Virus record (IMG/VR): IMGVR_UViG_3300030333_005770
Location: 5,087-69,086 of that record
Reading direction: 5' to 3' (one strand)
Length of the DNA stretch: 64,000 nt
Origin: a virus
Shown: piece after piece, positions 1-10,089 of the stretch
How positions within the stretch are numbered: position 1 is the first letter of the stretch
Layout: every line of letters starts with the position of its first letter
Translations under genes and position numbers: made by a program
The notes under the pieces: generated by a model
The model's input: only the letters and a program-made list of their open reading frames with translations
The model's database searches: none
What the model was told of the DNA's origin: nothing

Positions 1-2
1 AG

Positions 3-299
3 CTTGCCGAGGAAGAAGGTGTAGAAATTCCGGGATATGATTTGCGTTGGCGCCAACCTTCTGCTAAGGTACAGGATCCTCAAGCCGCATATGAGGCTCT
101 AGCCGATGTTTTAACCCCCGAAGAATTTATGAAAGCCTCCTCCGTTTCCCTATCCCAGTTAGCTAAAATCTATGCTGAGAAAATGCCCCGTGGGCAGAAG
201 ACTGGGGCTCGTGGGCAATTAGAATTGATACTCGAGGAAGCCGGTGAGCTGGCTCCGGAGGAAGAGCGCATTCGTACCCCCTACCTCAAAAAACTTTAA
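3..299 (+). CDS. C-terminal part of probable DUF2800/Cas4-like PD-(D/E)XK exonuclease (5'-truncated by window edge)
   Basis: Frame is open from the window start (LAEEEGVEIPGYDLRWRQ...). The G.EIPGY.L motif and the position before SSB and PolA match this family. Confidence 0.5.
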   Translation, partial: LAEEEGVEIPGYDLRWRQPSAKVQDPQAAYEALADVLTPEEFMKASSVSLSQLAKIYAEKMPRGQKTGARGQLELILEEAGELAPEEERIRTPYLKKL

Positions 300-348
300 C
301 TTGGCGTGTTTATGCGTCATCCAACAAAAACAAAATAGAATACTAGTA

Positions 349-1062
349 ATGAGTAAATCGAAACTAAGTGAAGAAACTACGACTGAAACGACTGTCCTTG
401 CGGAAGCATCCGGGGAGACCAGCTACACCGAGGAATCCATTGGTGCAGTAACGGTGGCCGGGAGCAACCTAGTCGCAGACTTGGACGCAAGTGATATCGC
501 GTTTCCAAAGCTTCAGATCCTTCAGGGGATCAGCAAGCTCGCTCAAGAGAGCAAGGATTTCAACGCCGGGGACATCGTTCTCGACAGCGAGACCAAGCTC
601 GAGCAACCCTGCGAGTTCACGGTCTTGCGCATCAGCAAGATGTTTGAACAAAGCGTCAACTGGGATGACGGAGAGATCCCGATGATCAAATCCAAGGCCG
701 ATGCCGTAAAAGCCGGAGGTTCCTTCGAATGGGGCGCCAATGGCGAAAAACCGGACTGGCTTCCCATCGCAGACGCCCTCATCGCAATCAAGGGAGATGA
801 CCCGGAGGTGTTCCCGTTCGATTACAATGATGAGAACTATGCCTTTGCCGTGTGGCGGATAAAGGGTGTGGCCTATAAGAGAGCGGCCGTGAAGATGTTC
901 ACCGCTTTCCGGATGTACTACCGAGAAGGATTTACGGTCGGTACTTTCAATCTGTCAACTACCACCGACAACTTCAACGGTAAGACTGTGGTCGTTCCCG
1001 ACCTTAAGCGGGGCCACAAGAACACCCCGGAGTTCCAGGAGTGGCTCAAGGATTTTTGCTAG
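349..1062 (+). CDS. Putative phage single-stranded DNA-binding protein
   Basis: ATG at 349; acidic N-terminus; D...DI.FPKL.ILQ..S motif; located between exonuclease and polymerase. Confidence 0.5.
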   Translation: MSKSKLSEETTTETTVLAEASGETSYTEESIGAVTVAGSNLVADLDASDIAFPKLQILQGISKLAQESKDFNAGDIVLDSETKLEQPCEFTVLRISKMFEQSVNWDDGEIPMIKSKADAVKAGGSFEWGANGEKPDWLPIADALIAIKGDDPEVFPFDYNDENYAFAVWRIKGVAYKRAAVKMFTAFRMYYREGFTVGTFNLSTTTDNFNGKTVVVPDLKRGHKNTPEFQEWLKDFC

Positions 1063-1090
1063 AGGTTCGCTCATAGCCTCTAAGCACCAG

Positions 1091-1174
1091 TGTGTGTGTT
1101 CAGGGGGGCCCCTTCCTTCGGTGCGTTTTCTCCCAATGGACGTACTTCCCTAGGGGCCCCCCGCCTCACGCACG
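1091..1174 (+). promoter_or_regulatory. Long stem-loop between SSB-like gene and DNA polymerase
   Basis: Perfect 11-bp inverted repeat GGGGGGCCCCT (1103-1113) / AGGGGCCCCCC (1152-1162), with outer and inner G-U-containing helices. Confidence 0.55.
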
Positions 1175-1213
1175 TTAACCAACGGGGTGAACCCGTAAAC
1201 ATCACAAAATCAA

Positions 1214-3127
1214 ATGACTAAAAACGATATAAAAAGCGGTCACGTAGCTATTGACTTCGAGACCTACTATACAACGCAGCTGTCCATCACCAAGATGGGC
1301 ACTTACCAATACGTAACGCATCCCGAGTTTGATGCTTACATGGTATCCATTTACGGCCCGGACCTCGAGTTTGTTGGCCGCCCTTCCGACTTTGATTGGA
1401 AGAGGTTGGATGGGTACACTTTAATCGCGCATAATGCCAGCTTCGATTCCCGAGTGTTCTGGCATCTTCAAGAGAAGGGAGTGATCCCCGAACTTAATGT
1501 CAGTTGGATTTGCACCGCCGACATGTGCGTGTACTTCCAATATCAGCGGAACCTTAAGGGTGCCGCCAAGGAAATTCTCGGTGTCGAAATGGACAAGGGC
1601 GTCCGTGAAAACATGCGGGGTAAGAACTGGGATGATCTCGCCGCCATGGACGAGCTTAAAGAGACCTTGGCTTACGCTTTGGATGATGCCAAGTACTGCT
1701 ACCAAATTTGGGAAAAGCTTTGGGGGCTGTGGCCTGAGCAGGAGAGATGGTTATCTCAATCCACCAGAGACATGGCTTGGAGCGGGTTACCGGCTGACAC
1801 CTCAAAATTATCCAATTCCATTCAAGAGCTTGAACGCCTACTGTTCGAGGCTCAGCAACGGCTACCTTGGTTCGAGGAGATTGATCCGGACACCAAGAAG
1901 CCTTATGCCGTCTACAGCAAAAAAGCTTTGGCGATTGAGTGTCGTAACCGGGGTATCGAGCCTCCTAAATCTCTTAACCGGGACAACCCCGACTTTATAG
2001 CGTGGGAGAAAAAGTACGGTGAGGAGATCACCTTCCCCGCCGACATGCAAGCGGTAGGCCGGATTAATAAGCACCTTCAGACATTGTATGCCATTCGTGA
2101 CCGGATCCGTGCTGACTGTGATAACATCAGTTATAACCTCAAATACTGGGGCGCTGACGCTACCGGTAGATGGAGTGGTGATGGGGGATTTAATATCCAA
2201 AACATGCCCCGTGCCGCACAGTATGGGGTTGACGTCCGATCCATAGTCACCGCCCGAGACGGCCGGGTCTTACTCATAGTTGACCTCGCTCAGATTGAGG
2301 CTCGCATCACCGCTTGGCTGGCTCAGAATTGGGACTTCTTGAACATGTTGAAGGACGGCACCTCTCCTTACGAGGCTCACGCCCGTCAGACCATGGGCTG
2401 GGATTCCGGTAAGCTCAAGGATGAGGATCCTGAGCTGTACACCTTGGCCAAGGTTCGTGTGTTGCAGTTGGGCTACGGCTCCGGGTGGTTCAAGTTTGCC
2501 GAGACCGTCAAGCTCTACGGACAGCAGGACATCTTGGATCGGCCTTTTACTAAGCAGGATGAGATCGCCTTTCAATCCTTTGCTGGCTCGTATCAACCCG
2601 CCAAGGCTAACCTCTACCCCCACCTGTCGACCGAAGACCGTCGGCAATGGGTCAACGCCTATATTCAGGTGGACGATTTCCGGAAAAAGAATCCCGGAAT
2701 CACCGCAGGTTGGAAGCACTACGATCGTCTATTGCGCCAAGCCGCAGACAATGGGGACGACCTCCTATTCACTATTCCCAGCGGTCGTTACCTTAGGTAT
2801 TTCCGCTGCCGGCATGAGACTGACGGTATTACCACCGCCACTCAGTTAGGTAGTCTACGCCGTACCTTTACCTACGGGGCCAATCTTTTCCAGAACGCCG
2901 TGCAAGCTACGGCTCGGGATGTATTCGCTGACATGCTTTATCGTCTAGGTGTTGATGGGTATAACCCGATCATGCACGTCCATGACGAAGTTGTGATCGA
3001 GGTCGACGCCAAGGAAGCCGAGGACCATCTGAAGAATGTTATCGAAATAATGTCAACACCTCCGGCATGGGCGGAACAGGTTCCGCTTTCCGCCGAGGGT
3101 ATAATCACTGAACACTACACAAAATGA
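1214..3127 (+). CDS. Family A DNA polymerase with 3'-5' exonuclease domain
   Basis: Exo motifs DFETY, HNASFD, YALDD; TGRWS; motif A DLAQIEAR; motif B AKVRVLQLGYG; motif C HVHDE. Confidence 0.95.
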   Translation: MTKNDIKSGHVAIDFETYYTTQLSITKMGTYQYVTHPEFDAYMVSIYGPDLEFVGRPSDFDWKRLDGYTLIAHNASFDSRVFWHLQEKGVIPELNVSWICTADMCVYFQYQRNLKGAAKEILGVEMDKGVRENMRGKNWDDLAAMDELKETLAYALDDAKYCYQIWEKLWGLWPEQERWLSQSTRDMAWSGLPADTSKLSNSIQELERLLFEAQQRLPWFEEIDPDTKKPYAVYSKKALAIECRNRGIEPPKSLNRDNPDFIAWEKKYGEEITFPADMQAVGRINKHLQTLYAIRDRIRADCDNISYNLKYWGADATGRWSGDGGFNIQNMPRAAQYGVDVRSIVTARDGRVLLIVDLAQIEARITAWLAQNWDFLNMLKDGTSPYEAHARQTMGWDSGKLKDEDPELYTLAKVRVLQLGYGSGWFKFAETVKLYGQQDILDRPFTKQDEIAFQSFAGSYQPAKANLYPHLSTEDRRQWVNAYIQVDDFRKKNPGITAGWKHYDRLLRQAADNGDDLLFTIPSGRYLRYFRCRHETDGITTATQLGSLRRTFTYGANLFQNAVQATARDVFADMLYRLGVDGYNPIMHVHDEVVIEVDAKEAEDHLKNVIEIMSTPPAWAEQVPLSAEGIITEHYTK

Positions 3128-3690
3128 AAATATTAGGATTACATGGGCCGAAGGGGTGTGGGAAATCTACATTCGCAAAGGTACTGGTTGAAAAGTATGG
3201 GTTCGAGAGGCTGTCTTTCGCTGAACCTATAAAACGCATGCTCATAGCTATGGGCGTTCCCGAACATTGTATCAACGATCCGGTGCTGAAAGAAACACCG
3301 CTTCAAGATCTCAAGGTCACGCCCCGGTTTCTAATGCAGACGCTTGGGACTGAGTGGATGAGAAAAACCGTAGACCCTCTTGGCTGGGTACGAGTGGCCG
3401 AGTCCCGACTGAGAGCCGGCGGTAACCGATATTGGGTAATCGACGACGTTCGGTTTGTAAATGAAACGGAAATGATCCATACTTTGGGTGGAAAAGTAAT
3501 TAAATTGGACGCCCCTATTGAAAATAAAGACAACCACCCTTCCGAGCAGGAATTGCCCGCGGAGGAGGTTGATTTTAGGATCACGGATTATTGGGGTGTG
3601 GACCCAGTTGAGACAGTAACAAACTTTTTGGAGGTTGGTAGTAATGGAGCTTTTATGCCTAAAGAACTTAGTCTCGGAGCAGGTCAGTAA
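3124..3690 (+). CDS. Deoxynucleoside monophosphate kinase
   Basis: P-loop GPKGCGKS; FAEPIK, R.LMQTLGTEW and DDVRF.NE motifs. Confidence 0.9.
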   Translation: MKILGLHGPKGCGKSTFAKVLVEKYGFERLSFAEPIKRMLIAMGVPEHCINDPVLKETPLQDLKVTPRFLMQTLGTEWMRKTVDPLGWVRVAESRLRAGGNRYWVIDDVRFVNETEMIHTLGGKVIKLDAPIENKDNHPSEQELPAEEVDFRITDYWGVDPVETVTNFLEVGSNGAFMPKELSLGAGQ

Positions 3691-5740
3691 ACGTAAGCCT
3701 TGGGAGCTGGAGTTTGAACTCCCGGAGTTTGAAAGCTCCGAAGCCTACAAGCGTTTCGCCGCCTTACCGACCACCAAGTACAACGCTTACAGTGCCGCCG
3801 AGGGGGTTAACCCGCACGGCCGGATAAGCTCTAAAAACCCAATCAAATTTTTACACGGGGTGTGCGTAGATTGGGACGCCACCTTCACCAACGACGAGTT
3901 CGAGGAGATCGTTACCCGGCTGATCGACCACGAGTACCCCGTAAATTACGTTTCCCGTAGTTACAACGACGGTATTCATGCCGTTTGGTTTTTCGAATCT
4001 CCGATCATGACGATCAGCGCTTCCCACACCGTCCGTCTTTTAGATCGGATTGCAAAGGAAATGCGATTTACCGGACGTGACGCTATTGCCCGTGGATTTG
4101 ATTCCGGCAACTTCAAGCGTCAGCACTACCTCCTTCACGGTAAGGATTGGCGAGCCGTGGACGTTAATGCGCGTATACCGACGGCCGATCTGAATTACCT
4201 GATATTCGAGACGTCTAAGCCCGCTGACTTCGCCGGTTTGGCGCCCGAGATTCCCTTGGATGCCGTATGGGAAGAGGTGCAGAAGGTTTGGCCGGAGCAC
4301 GGGTGGCCGGGCGAGTTCAAGGAGGGGTTCCGTGGGCCTACTTTTTGGGACCCCGGCGGACAGCACAAGAGTGTTGACTCCGCCATCGTTCGGGATACCG
4401 GCATGCAGGTTTTCAACATGCCCAAGAATTTCTACACTTGGGCGGAGATTCTTAGTCCCGGTTTCGTTCGGGAATATGAAGTCGGTCGTATCGGTGAGTC
4501 CATAAAGGATTACTGGTTTGACGGGCAGAATTATTTCTTGGAATCCGGGGGTGGGCAGTATCACGACTACAAAAAGGATGACGTTTTACTAGACCTCCAA
4601 TGCCGGCATAGCCTTGCAGCCCGTCCTGCTCGTAACGAAAACGTCAGCGAATCTCGTCGGGCTTTGCATATGATCCATACTACTAAGCGGGTGCAGGCGG
4701 GGATTCCCTTCGCTTTTACCAAGGCTCGGATAGTGCATCACGAGGGCAATCGGTACTTCAATACGGCTACGGTTACGCCTTTGGTTCCTGCCGATGGTGA
4801 AGCCGGCGCTTGGGGCGATGCCTTCCCAACCATTGCCTCGTGGATGGAGCACATGTTAGGGAAGGAGCAGCTTAAGCATGAGCAGGCGTGGCTGGCTTAC
4901 GCATACCGTAACGCCCTTGCTGGGTCGCCAAAAAGAGGACACGCTCATTTTTTATGCGGCCCCTCTAACAGCGGTAAGACTCTATACAACATGCAAGTTC
5001 TCGGGGCCCTGTTTGGTGGTGGTATTAAAGCCTCTGAGTACCTGTGCGGAAAGAACGAGTGGACTGATCATCTGTTTGAGTTCGGCATGTGGCTGATTGA
5101 TGATGAGGCCCCATCGGAATCTCAAGCGAGCAACACCAGTTTCACAGCTAAGCTCAAGGAGCATGTCGCCAACGATACCTTTTTGATCAATGGCAAGTAT
5201 CGTAAAGCCGGCCGTGCCTACTGGAGAGGTCGTATCAGCGTCACCTTGAATGATGACCCGGTATCAATGCGGTTATTGCCCGACTTGGACATGTCTATTA
5301 AAGACAAGCTGATGATCTTTAAATGCCACGACGGGTTCGATTTCAAAAGTGACATCAAGGACAAAATCAAAGAGGAGTTGCCGGCCTTCGCCCGTTGGCT
5401 GTTGGACTACGATATTCCACAGGAGCAACGAGAGCTGAGGTTTGGGGTCAAAGCGTACATCAACCCTCACCTCGAGAATCTCGCTATTGCCGATTCTAGG
5501 TATTCGCACATAGCGGAATTAATGAATATCTACCGGGCCACCCTTAAGGATGGGGTCTGGGAAGGCACTACTTCAGAACTGTTGCAGGTACTTAGTGCTG
5601 ATGAGAAGCGGCGAGTCTTACTTAAGGATCTTAATCCTAGGAAGCTCGGATGGGGGTTGAACCACATTTTCTCTAAGGGGACCGATTGGCTTACTAAACC
5701 CAAGCATAGGGTTTGGAAGGTAGAGGGGCTTCTTGAGTGA
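3644..5740 (+). CDS. Primase-helicase (N-terminal primase-like region, C-terminal SF3/DUF5906-like ATPase)
   Basis: GGAGG before ATG 3644; VDWD...S.S..GIHAVW in the N-terminus; Walker A GPSNSGKT; Walker B LIDDE. Confidence 0.8.
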   Translation: MELLCLKNLVSEQVSKRKPWELEFELPEFESSEAYKRFAALPTTKYNAYSAAEGVNPHGRISSKNPIKFLHGVCVDWDATFTNDEFEEIVTRLIDHEYPVNYVSRSYNDGIHAVWFFESPIMTISASHTVRLLDRIAKEMRFTGRDAIARGFDSGNFKRQHYLLHGKDWRAVDVNARIPTADLNYLIFETSKPADFAGLAPEIPLDAVWEEVQKVWPEHGWPGEFKEGFRGPTFWDPGGQHKSVDSAIVRDTGMQVFNMPKNFYTWAEILSPGFVREYEVGRIGESIKDYWFDGQNYFLESGGGQYHDYKKDDVLLDLQCRHSLAARPARNENVSESRRALHMIHTTKRVQAGIPFAFTKARIVHHEGNRYFNTATVTPLVPADGEAGAWGDAFPTIASWMEHMLGKEQLKHEQAWLAYAYRNALAGSPKRGHAHFLCGPSNSGKTLYNMQVLGALFGGGIKASEYLCGKNEWTDHLFEFGMWLIDDEAPSESQASNTSFTAKLKEHVANDTFLINGKYRKAGRAYWRGRISVTLNDDPVSMRLLPDLDMSIKDKLMIFKCHDGFDFKSDIKDKIKEELPAFARWLLDYDIPQEQRELRFGVKAYINPHLENLAIADSRYSHIAELMNIYRATLKDGVWEGTTSELLQVLSADEKRRVLLKDLNPRKLGWGLNHIFSKGTDWLTKPKHRVWKVEGLLE

Positions 5741-6174
5741 GTGGGTGGAATGACAACAAGCGTAAAGGCACTGCATGGGAGTTTGCCTTTTACGCCCGTG
5801 CCTTAAAGGAAGGTCTCGATGTTTTCCTCCCATGCGGAGACCATCTACCCCAGGATTGCATCGTTGTAAACGGTGCCGGCACGGTCTTCAAGGTTCAGAT
5901 TAAAGGCACTTCTACAAAAGCGGTGTCCAGCCATAAGAACAGTAAGATCGAGCGTTACAAAGTCGTAGCTGCCGGTGGTTCCAATTCCAAAACACCTATT
6001 GATTGCACCAAGGTAGATGTAGTAGCTTGCTACATCCTACCTCTGGATCTTTGGTACATCATACCGTGCTTGGCTCTCAACAATGCGGTTTCTGTGTGGT
6101 TCTCCCCTAACTACGAAGAGACGAAGTCTAAGTTTGAGGTGTACAAAGAGTCTTGGGATTATTTCAAGTGCTGA
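5737..6174 (+). CDS. PD-(D/E)XK endonuclease (PDDEXK_5-like)
   Basis: KG...E, D.IV, VQIK, and D....Y....WYIIP pattern. Confidence 0.8.
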   Translation: MSGWNDNKRKGTAWEFAFYARALKEGLDVFLPCGDHLPQDCIVVNGAGTVFKVQIKGTSTKAVSSHKNSKIERYKVVAAGGSNSKTPIDCTKVDVVACYILPLDLWYIIPCLALNNAVSVWFSPNYEETKSKFEVYKESWDYFKC

Positions 6175-6245
6175 TGAACTTGATTGAGATCTTTGTGATC
6201 GTAATGATTGTTATACTGGCTTTAGACTTTATGTTTCTTAGCTAA
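6174..6245 (+). CDS. Possible 23-aa hydrophobic peptide (MNLIEIFVIVMIVILALDFMFLS)
   Basis: ATG overlaps the upstream TGA; single hydrophobic helix. Confidence 0.3.
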   Translation: MNLIEIFVIVMIVILALDFMFLS

Positions 6246-6519
6246 AGAACCCCGCTTTCCGCAGCCGTACTCGTATTGATTCTTCGGAGCAGGCTAATAT
6301 CCTCCCCAAAGTGCCGGGGTGATAACCCTCCAAGAATTTAGCGGAGATGAACCCCTCGTAGAACCGAAGCCTTCGTTGCATCCGCAACTGGTCAGAACCG
6401 CTGAGATAGTTCTTGTCAGACAGGTCTCTATTTACGAATGGCGGTGGTTCTGGAGTACCAAGCGCCTTCCTAACCTGATCCGCCGTTAAACCAAGCTTAG
6501 CAAGTATTTCATCACTCAC
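6238..6519 (-). CDS. Hypothetical protein, possible C-terminal HTH
   Basis: GYHPGTLGRILACSEESIRVRLRK resembles a helix-turn-helix. Confidence 0.5.
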   Translation of the reverse strand: MSDEILAKLGLTADQVRKALGTPEPPPFVNRDLSDKNYLSGSDQLRMQRRLRFYEGFISAKFLEGYHPGTLGRILACSEESIRVRLRKAGFFS

Positions 6520-6767
6520 TAGAAAACTACGGAAGCCGCCGATGAATGTTTCGCAGGGAAAGTTACGGAACCTTCGGTGTTTACTTCGGTTTCGTCATCA
6601 CGAAAGTCGAAAGTAATGTTCAGCTTTATAGTCGACGACATCTCCCCCTCCAGGGCCGCCAGTCGGACTTGGGGGAGTAGGTCATCGGCAACCATTTGCG
6701 CTTGTTCCCCCACAGCCCGCAATAGGTCTTTTTCAATTTTAGCTTGACGGTCTAACCAATCTTTCAT
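6519..6767 (-). CDS. Hypothetical protein
   Basis: ORF from ATG 6767 (MKDWLD...), divergent from the integrase. Confidence 0.6.
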   Translation of the reverse strand: MKDWLDRQAKIEKDLLRAVGEQAQMVADDLLPQVRLAALEGEMSSTIKLNITFDFRDDETEVNTEGSVTFPAKHSSAASVVF

Positions 6768-6824
6768 AAGTACCACACATAAGTTACACATACTATAACA
6801 TTGTATCACAAAATTACAAGTATA

Positions 6825-7991
6825 ATGAAAACAAGAACTAGAGTCAGTGAGCGGACTCGTTTAGGAACGACGATTTTTCGCAGAACAGAGAAAGGGACGT
6901 GGTCATACGCCACCAAACGGAATGGGAAACATTATTTATTCCCCCTCGGTTACGACTTAGACGAGGCTAAAAAAGAGGCCGACCGAATACGGGGCATGCT
7001 TATGGTGGAGGATCCCGAAGTAGTCCGTAAACAGTTTTGCCGGAAAATAATGAGCCGGAAAAACCTCCCCATACCAACGATTGGTGAGGTCTTAGATGTT
7101 ATTCGGGAGAGTAAAAACGTAAAGGATTGGAAAGTCTCCACCGTAAGAGACTACGTGGGTGCCGTTGGGTCAATCCCCCGGGTAGCTTTAAACACCCCCC
7201 GGGAAAAGGTTTTAAATATGCCGGCTGACATCCTGACTCCCGAACTGATTGAGACTTATAAAGAAAGAAAACTGGATGGTATCGTGGACCAAGGGCATCG
7301 GAAGAGCGTTATGCGAACAATCAATGGGAACATCCGTGCCTTGAAAGCCGTCTTTAGCCCCGGTATGGAATTACGTTTCAAGCATTACGACATTAGCTGG
7401 GCCATGCCCCTTAGAGACGAAGGCTTCTACGGGGGTCTTAAGAAATACTATAAATTCCCACCTTCAGAGATGGTTACCGCCGTGTTTGACCTTTGTGAGA
7501 CCTTGGAGGGTGATGAAAAAACGGCTCTTAGTTTGGCGCTTTATTTCGGTCTTCGCCGGGGAGAAATTTACCATTGCCGACGGGCATGGTTTGATACGAG
7601 AAATTCTATGTGCCGGTTGGATATAGCCGCCGAGTTGGATTTTACACCTAAAGGAGGGCATGAAGGTATGACCGTTGGCGACGAAGCCCGCGGTAAGAAA
7701 ATACTCAACGAAGCGGTAGGGGAAGATTACTTGTTGGGATACCGAAAAGACAACGGGCGGAAGCTGTTTGAAGGTATAATCAAGAAGCTACACTCGGTTG
7801 GGTTTACGGTAGAGAACGGGAGACCGCTACCAATGCATGAAATGCGTAAACTTTTTGGTAGTTATATCGCCACTACTCAGAGCCTCTACGTAGCTCAAAA
7901 ATACTTGAGGCATGCTGACGCCTCCACTACCGACGAAGCTTACGCCGATTTGATTGTAGATAAAGACGTGTTGCAAATGTGGGCGGCTTAA
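6825..7991 (+). CDS. int: Tyrosine recombinase/integrase
   Basis: GLRRGEI (R), TPKG (K), HEMR (HxxR), LRH and EAYA (Y) catalytic residues; N-terminal arm-binding-like segment. Confidence 0.92.
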   Translation: MKTRTRVSERTRLGTTIFRRTEKGTWSYATKRNGKHYLFPLGYDLDEAKKEADRIRGMLMVEDPEVVRKQFCRKIMSRKNLPIPTIGEVLDVIRESKNVKDWKVSTVRDYVGAVGSIPRVALNTPREKVLNMPADILTPELIETYKERKLDGIVDQGHRKSVMRTINGNIRALKAVFSPGMELRFKHYDISWAMPLRDEGFYGGLKKYYKFPPSEMVTAVFDLCETLEGDEKTALSLALYFGLRRGEIYHCRRAWFDTRNSMCRLDIAAELDFTPKGGHEGMTVGDEARGKKILNEAVGEDYLLGYRKDNGRKLFEGIIKKLHSVGFTVENGRPLPMHEMRKLFGSYIATTQSLYVAQKYLRHADASTTDEAYADLIVDKDVLQMWAA

Positions 7992-9949
7992 ACGTCCTGC
8001 CCCTGCAAGTAGCCCATCACCATTTCACGCAAGTTCCACGGGTGTTGTTCGTGAGCCGCAACGAACATACGTACGCGAAAACGTACGCCTCTGATGTTGG
8101 TGAACACTTTCATCTTGGGTTGAATCGTCCCCTTGTACTGACCGCTGACCAATCCCGTATCGCTTTCGACATAGGCCCAAACCCTGCCGACCGAGTTGTT
8201 TGAGAAGTTCAAGCTTACCGAATGCACTTGCTTCTCGGAGCTTTCATCAGAAAAGTGCATCCACGCAGTTTCCACGATTGCCAAGTTTGCGTCTGCAAAG
8301 TACATCGGGCTGTTTAAGGCACCGGTTCCCTGAACGGAATCCGCAAAAGGAGACGCAAGGTACTTACCACGATATAGGAAAGCACCTTCAGAGTCGGCGG
8401 CTATAAATCTTCCCGTAGGTACCGATGTTGTGTCGGGCCACGGGTCTGAAACCAGCGGAAAGTCACGATCCCGAAAGTGGTCTAAGTCGGCACGAAGAAC
8501 CTCGTAATTCTTGTTTACCGCCAGCACTTGCGAAGAGTTTCGGATACTCGTAATAGCGGTGATGTCGTTGTTTACAAATGGGCCGGATAAAGACTTGGCC
8601 AGCTCCGAGTATATGTAGGCTTTATATTTCGATGGGGGAGCCCAGCTAGTTGGAGACCCCGCGTTTAACCAAGCCTCATACTCAGTATTCTCAACGTAGA
8701 GGATATAGTACCCTAGCTCAGAGTTGTATGTTGCAAAGCTTTGGCTCAGGTCTGTGGGGAGTTCTTTGTTCCATCGACCTTTGGCCATCCAGCTGACTTG
8801 ATCGGGGTCGGCATACGCATCTTTAGCGTCCGGCCCGCGGGTGCCTGATTCGTCTTTATAAATCTCCCCGTCAAAGCCGGTCCAGAAAGGATAAGATCCA
8901 ATCTCTCCACCAACCACATCGTGATTGACCGAGGCAGAAGCGGCTGTTAACGGGGCTTGTTCGACGCGATATCCGGTTGAAGCTTGGTTGTCTTGGGGAG
9001 GCTGAAGTAGGTGGGCACCGCCATCCGTATGGACGACTACATGGTCTCGGCCGCCGGAAAGAGCTGTTATCTCATGGCCGTCAGACATTAGAATCCGGAC
9101 TTTACTCAGCCCTTTATCGGTGTACAAAGCGTCCCTGTAAGGGGTTTGTATGTCTGCGGGCTCGGAGATATAGACGGTTAAGGGCTCATCCGGGTTGCCT
9201 GCGGCAAAGATTGTCTTCTTGGGGCCCACTACAAAATACCGGCAGTTGGGGAACCTTGCGTACTCTCTGTGATACAGTTCGTCGTCCGGCTCCGCAACTC
9301 TACCCGGTATGCTCGGTGCCGTGGTATACTCCCACTGCAAGTTTTCATGCGAGATATGGATTCCAACACCACCACCGGTAGTCATAGCGTGGACACCGTC
9401 GGGCTGGACTAATGTGATTTCGTATTTTTGCCCAGCAACTAATCCCCGGGAAGGTTTTGTCTGTAGCGCTAAAATCCAATTCCCTGCAATAAAGGCAGAG
9501 TATTGGGGGAGGGTAGCGTGTATACCAACAGTAGAAGCTTCAGCGGACCCGTCACCCCAAGCTATTTCGTTGTTCCCAATAGATGATAGTGTACAGGGTC
9601 GATCCGGGTATATAGAAGACCCTAACGATATTGGAACTACTACGTTATAGGTTGAGCCTAGAGAGACTAGATCTGTATTGGCGACGGGGTTTACCCGCAG
9701 GTCTTTAACCTCTTGGGCTCGGCTAGAGAATAGCACCGAGTTTCCGTTGGCGTCGGTAGCACCCGACAGATAGTTATTTGAGTCGGGTGAGTATATTGAA
9801 ACAGTACCCACGTTTTGAAATATCGGTGAGGAGCGGAGCCCACCCGGTCCGGAAGGTACGCATCCCTCGGCCACTCTAAGACTCCCCCGGTCAGCATCAT
9901 CGCGGTGGGCTTGTATGCCCGTAAAACTTGGTACTCTAAACTGTCTCAT
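7988..9949 (-). CDS. Virion structural protein (probable tail nozzle / tubular protein B-like)
   Basis: 653 aa, beta-rich, last gene of the structural operon; call rests on position and size only. Confidence 0.5.
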   Translation of the reverse strand: MRQFRVPSFTGIQAHRDDADRGSLRVAEGCVPSGPGGLRSSPIFQNVGTVSIYSPDSNNYLSGATDANGNSVLFSSRAQEVKDLRVNPVANTDLVSLGSTYNVVVPISLGSSIYPDRPCTLSSIGNNEIAWGDGSAEASTVGIHATLPQYSAFIAGNWILALQTKPSRGLVAGQKYEITLVQPDGVHAMTTGGGVGIHISHENLQWEYTTAPSIPGRVAEPDDELYHREYARFPNCRYFVVGPKKTIFAAGNPDEPLTVYISEPADIQTPYRDALYTDKGLSKVRILMSDGHEITALSGGRDHVVVHTDGGAHLLQPPQDNQASTGYRVEQAPLTAASASVNHDVVGGEIGSYPFWTGFDGEIYKDESGTRGPDAKDAYADPDQVSWMAKGRWNKELPTDLSQSFATYNSELGYYILYVENTEYEAWLNAGSPTSWAPPSKYKAYIYSELAKSLSGPFVNNDITAITSIRNSSQVLAVNKNYEVLRADLDHFRDRDFPLVSDPWPDTTSVPTGRFIAADSEGAFLYRGKYLASPFADSVQGTGALNSPMYFADANLAIVETAWMHFSDESSEKQVHSVSLNFSNNSVGRVWAYVESDTGLVSGQYKGTIQPKMKVFTNIRGVRFRVRMFVAAHEQHPWNLREMVMGYLQGQDV

Positions 9950-10089
9950 TTTTTTGGTTTCTGTTTGTAAGGAAACATTTTGTTAAGGCGGGCTTGTCGT
10001 TTTTTGCACTTCCCGCAGGGCTTTATACCCACGGCTTTTGTCATCTTGGCCACGGTATCGCCTAATCCTTTTGATTCTTCTTTGCTCAT
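9946..10089 (-). CDS. 47-aa basic CxxC protein (MSKEESKGLGDTVAKMTKAVGIKPCGKCKKRQARLN...)
   Basis: Not in the ORF track; ATGA overlaps with both neighbours. Confidence 0.75.
   Translation of the reverse strand: MSKEESKGLGDTVAKMTKAVGIKPCGKCKKRQARLNKMFPYKQKPKK

Noticed and set aside
5737-6174. Group I intron around the PD-(D/E)XK nuclease
   Set aside because: The flanking primase-helicase ORF is complete and there is no intron core; the gene is free-standing.
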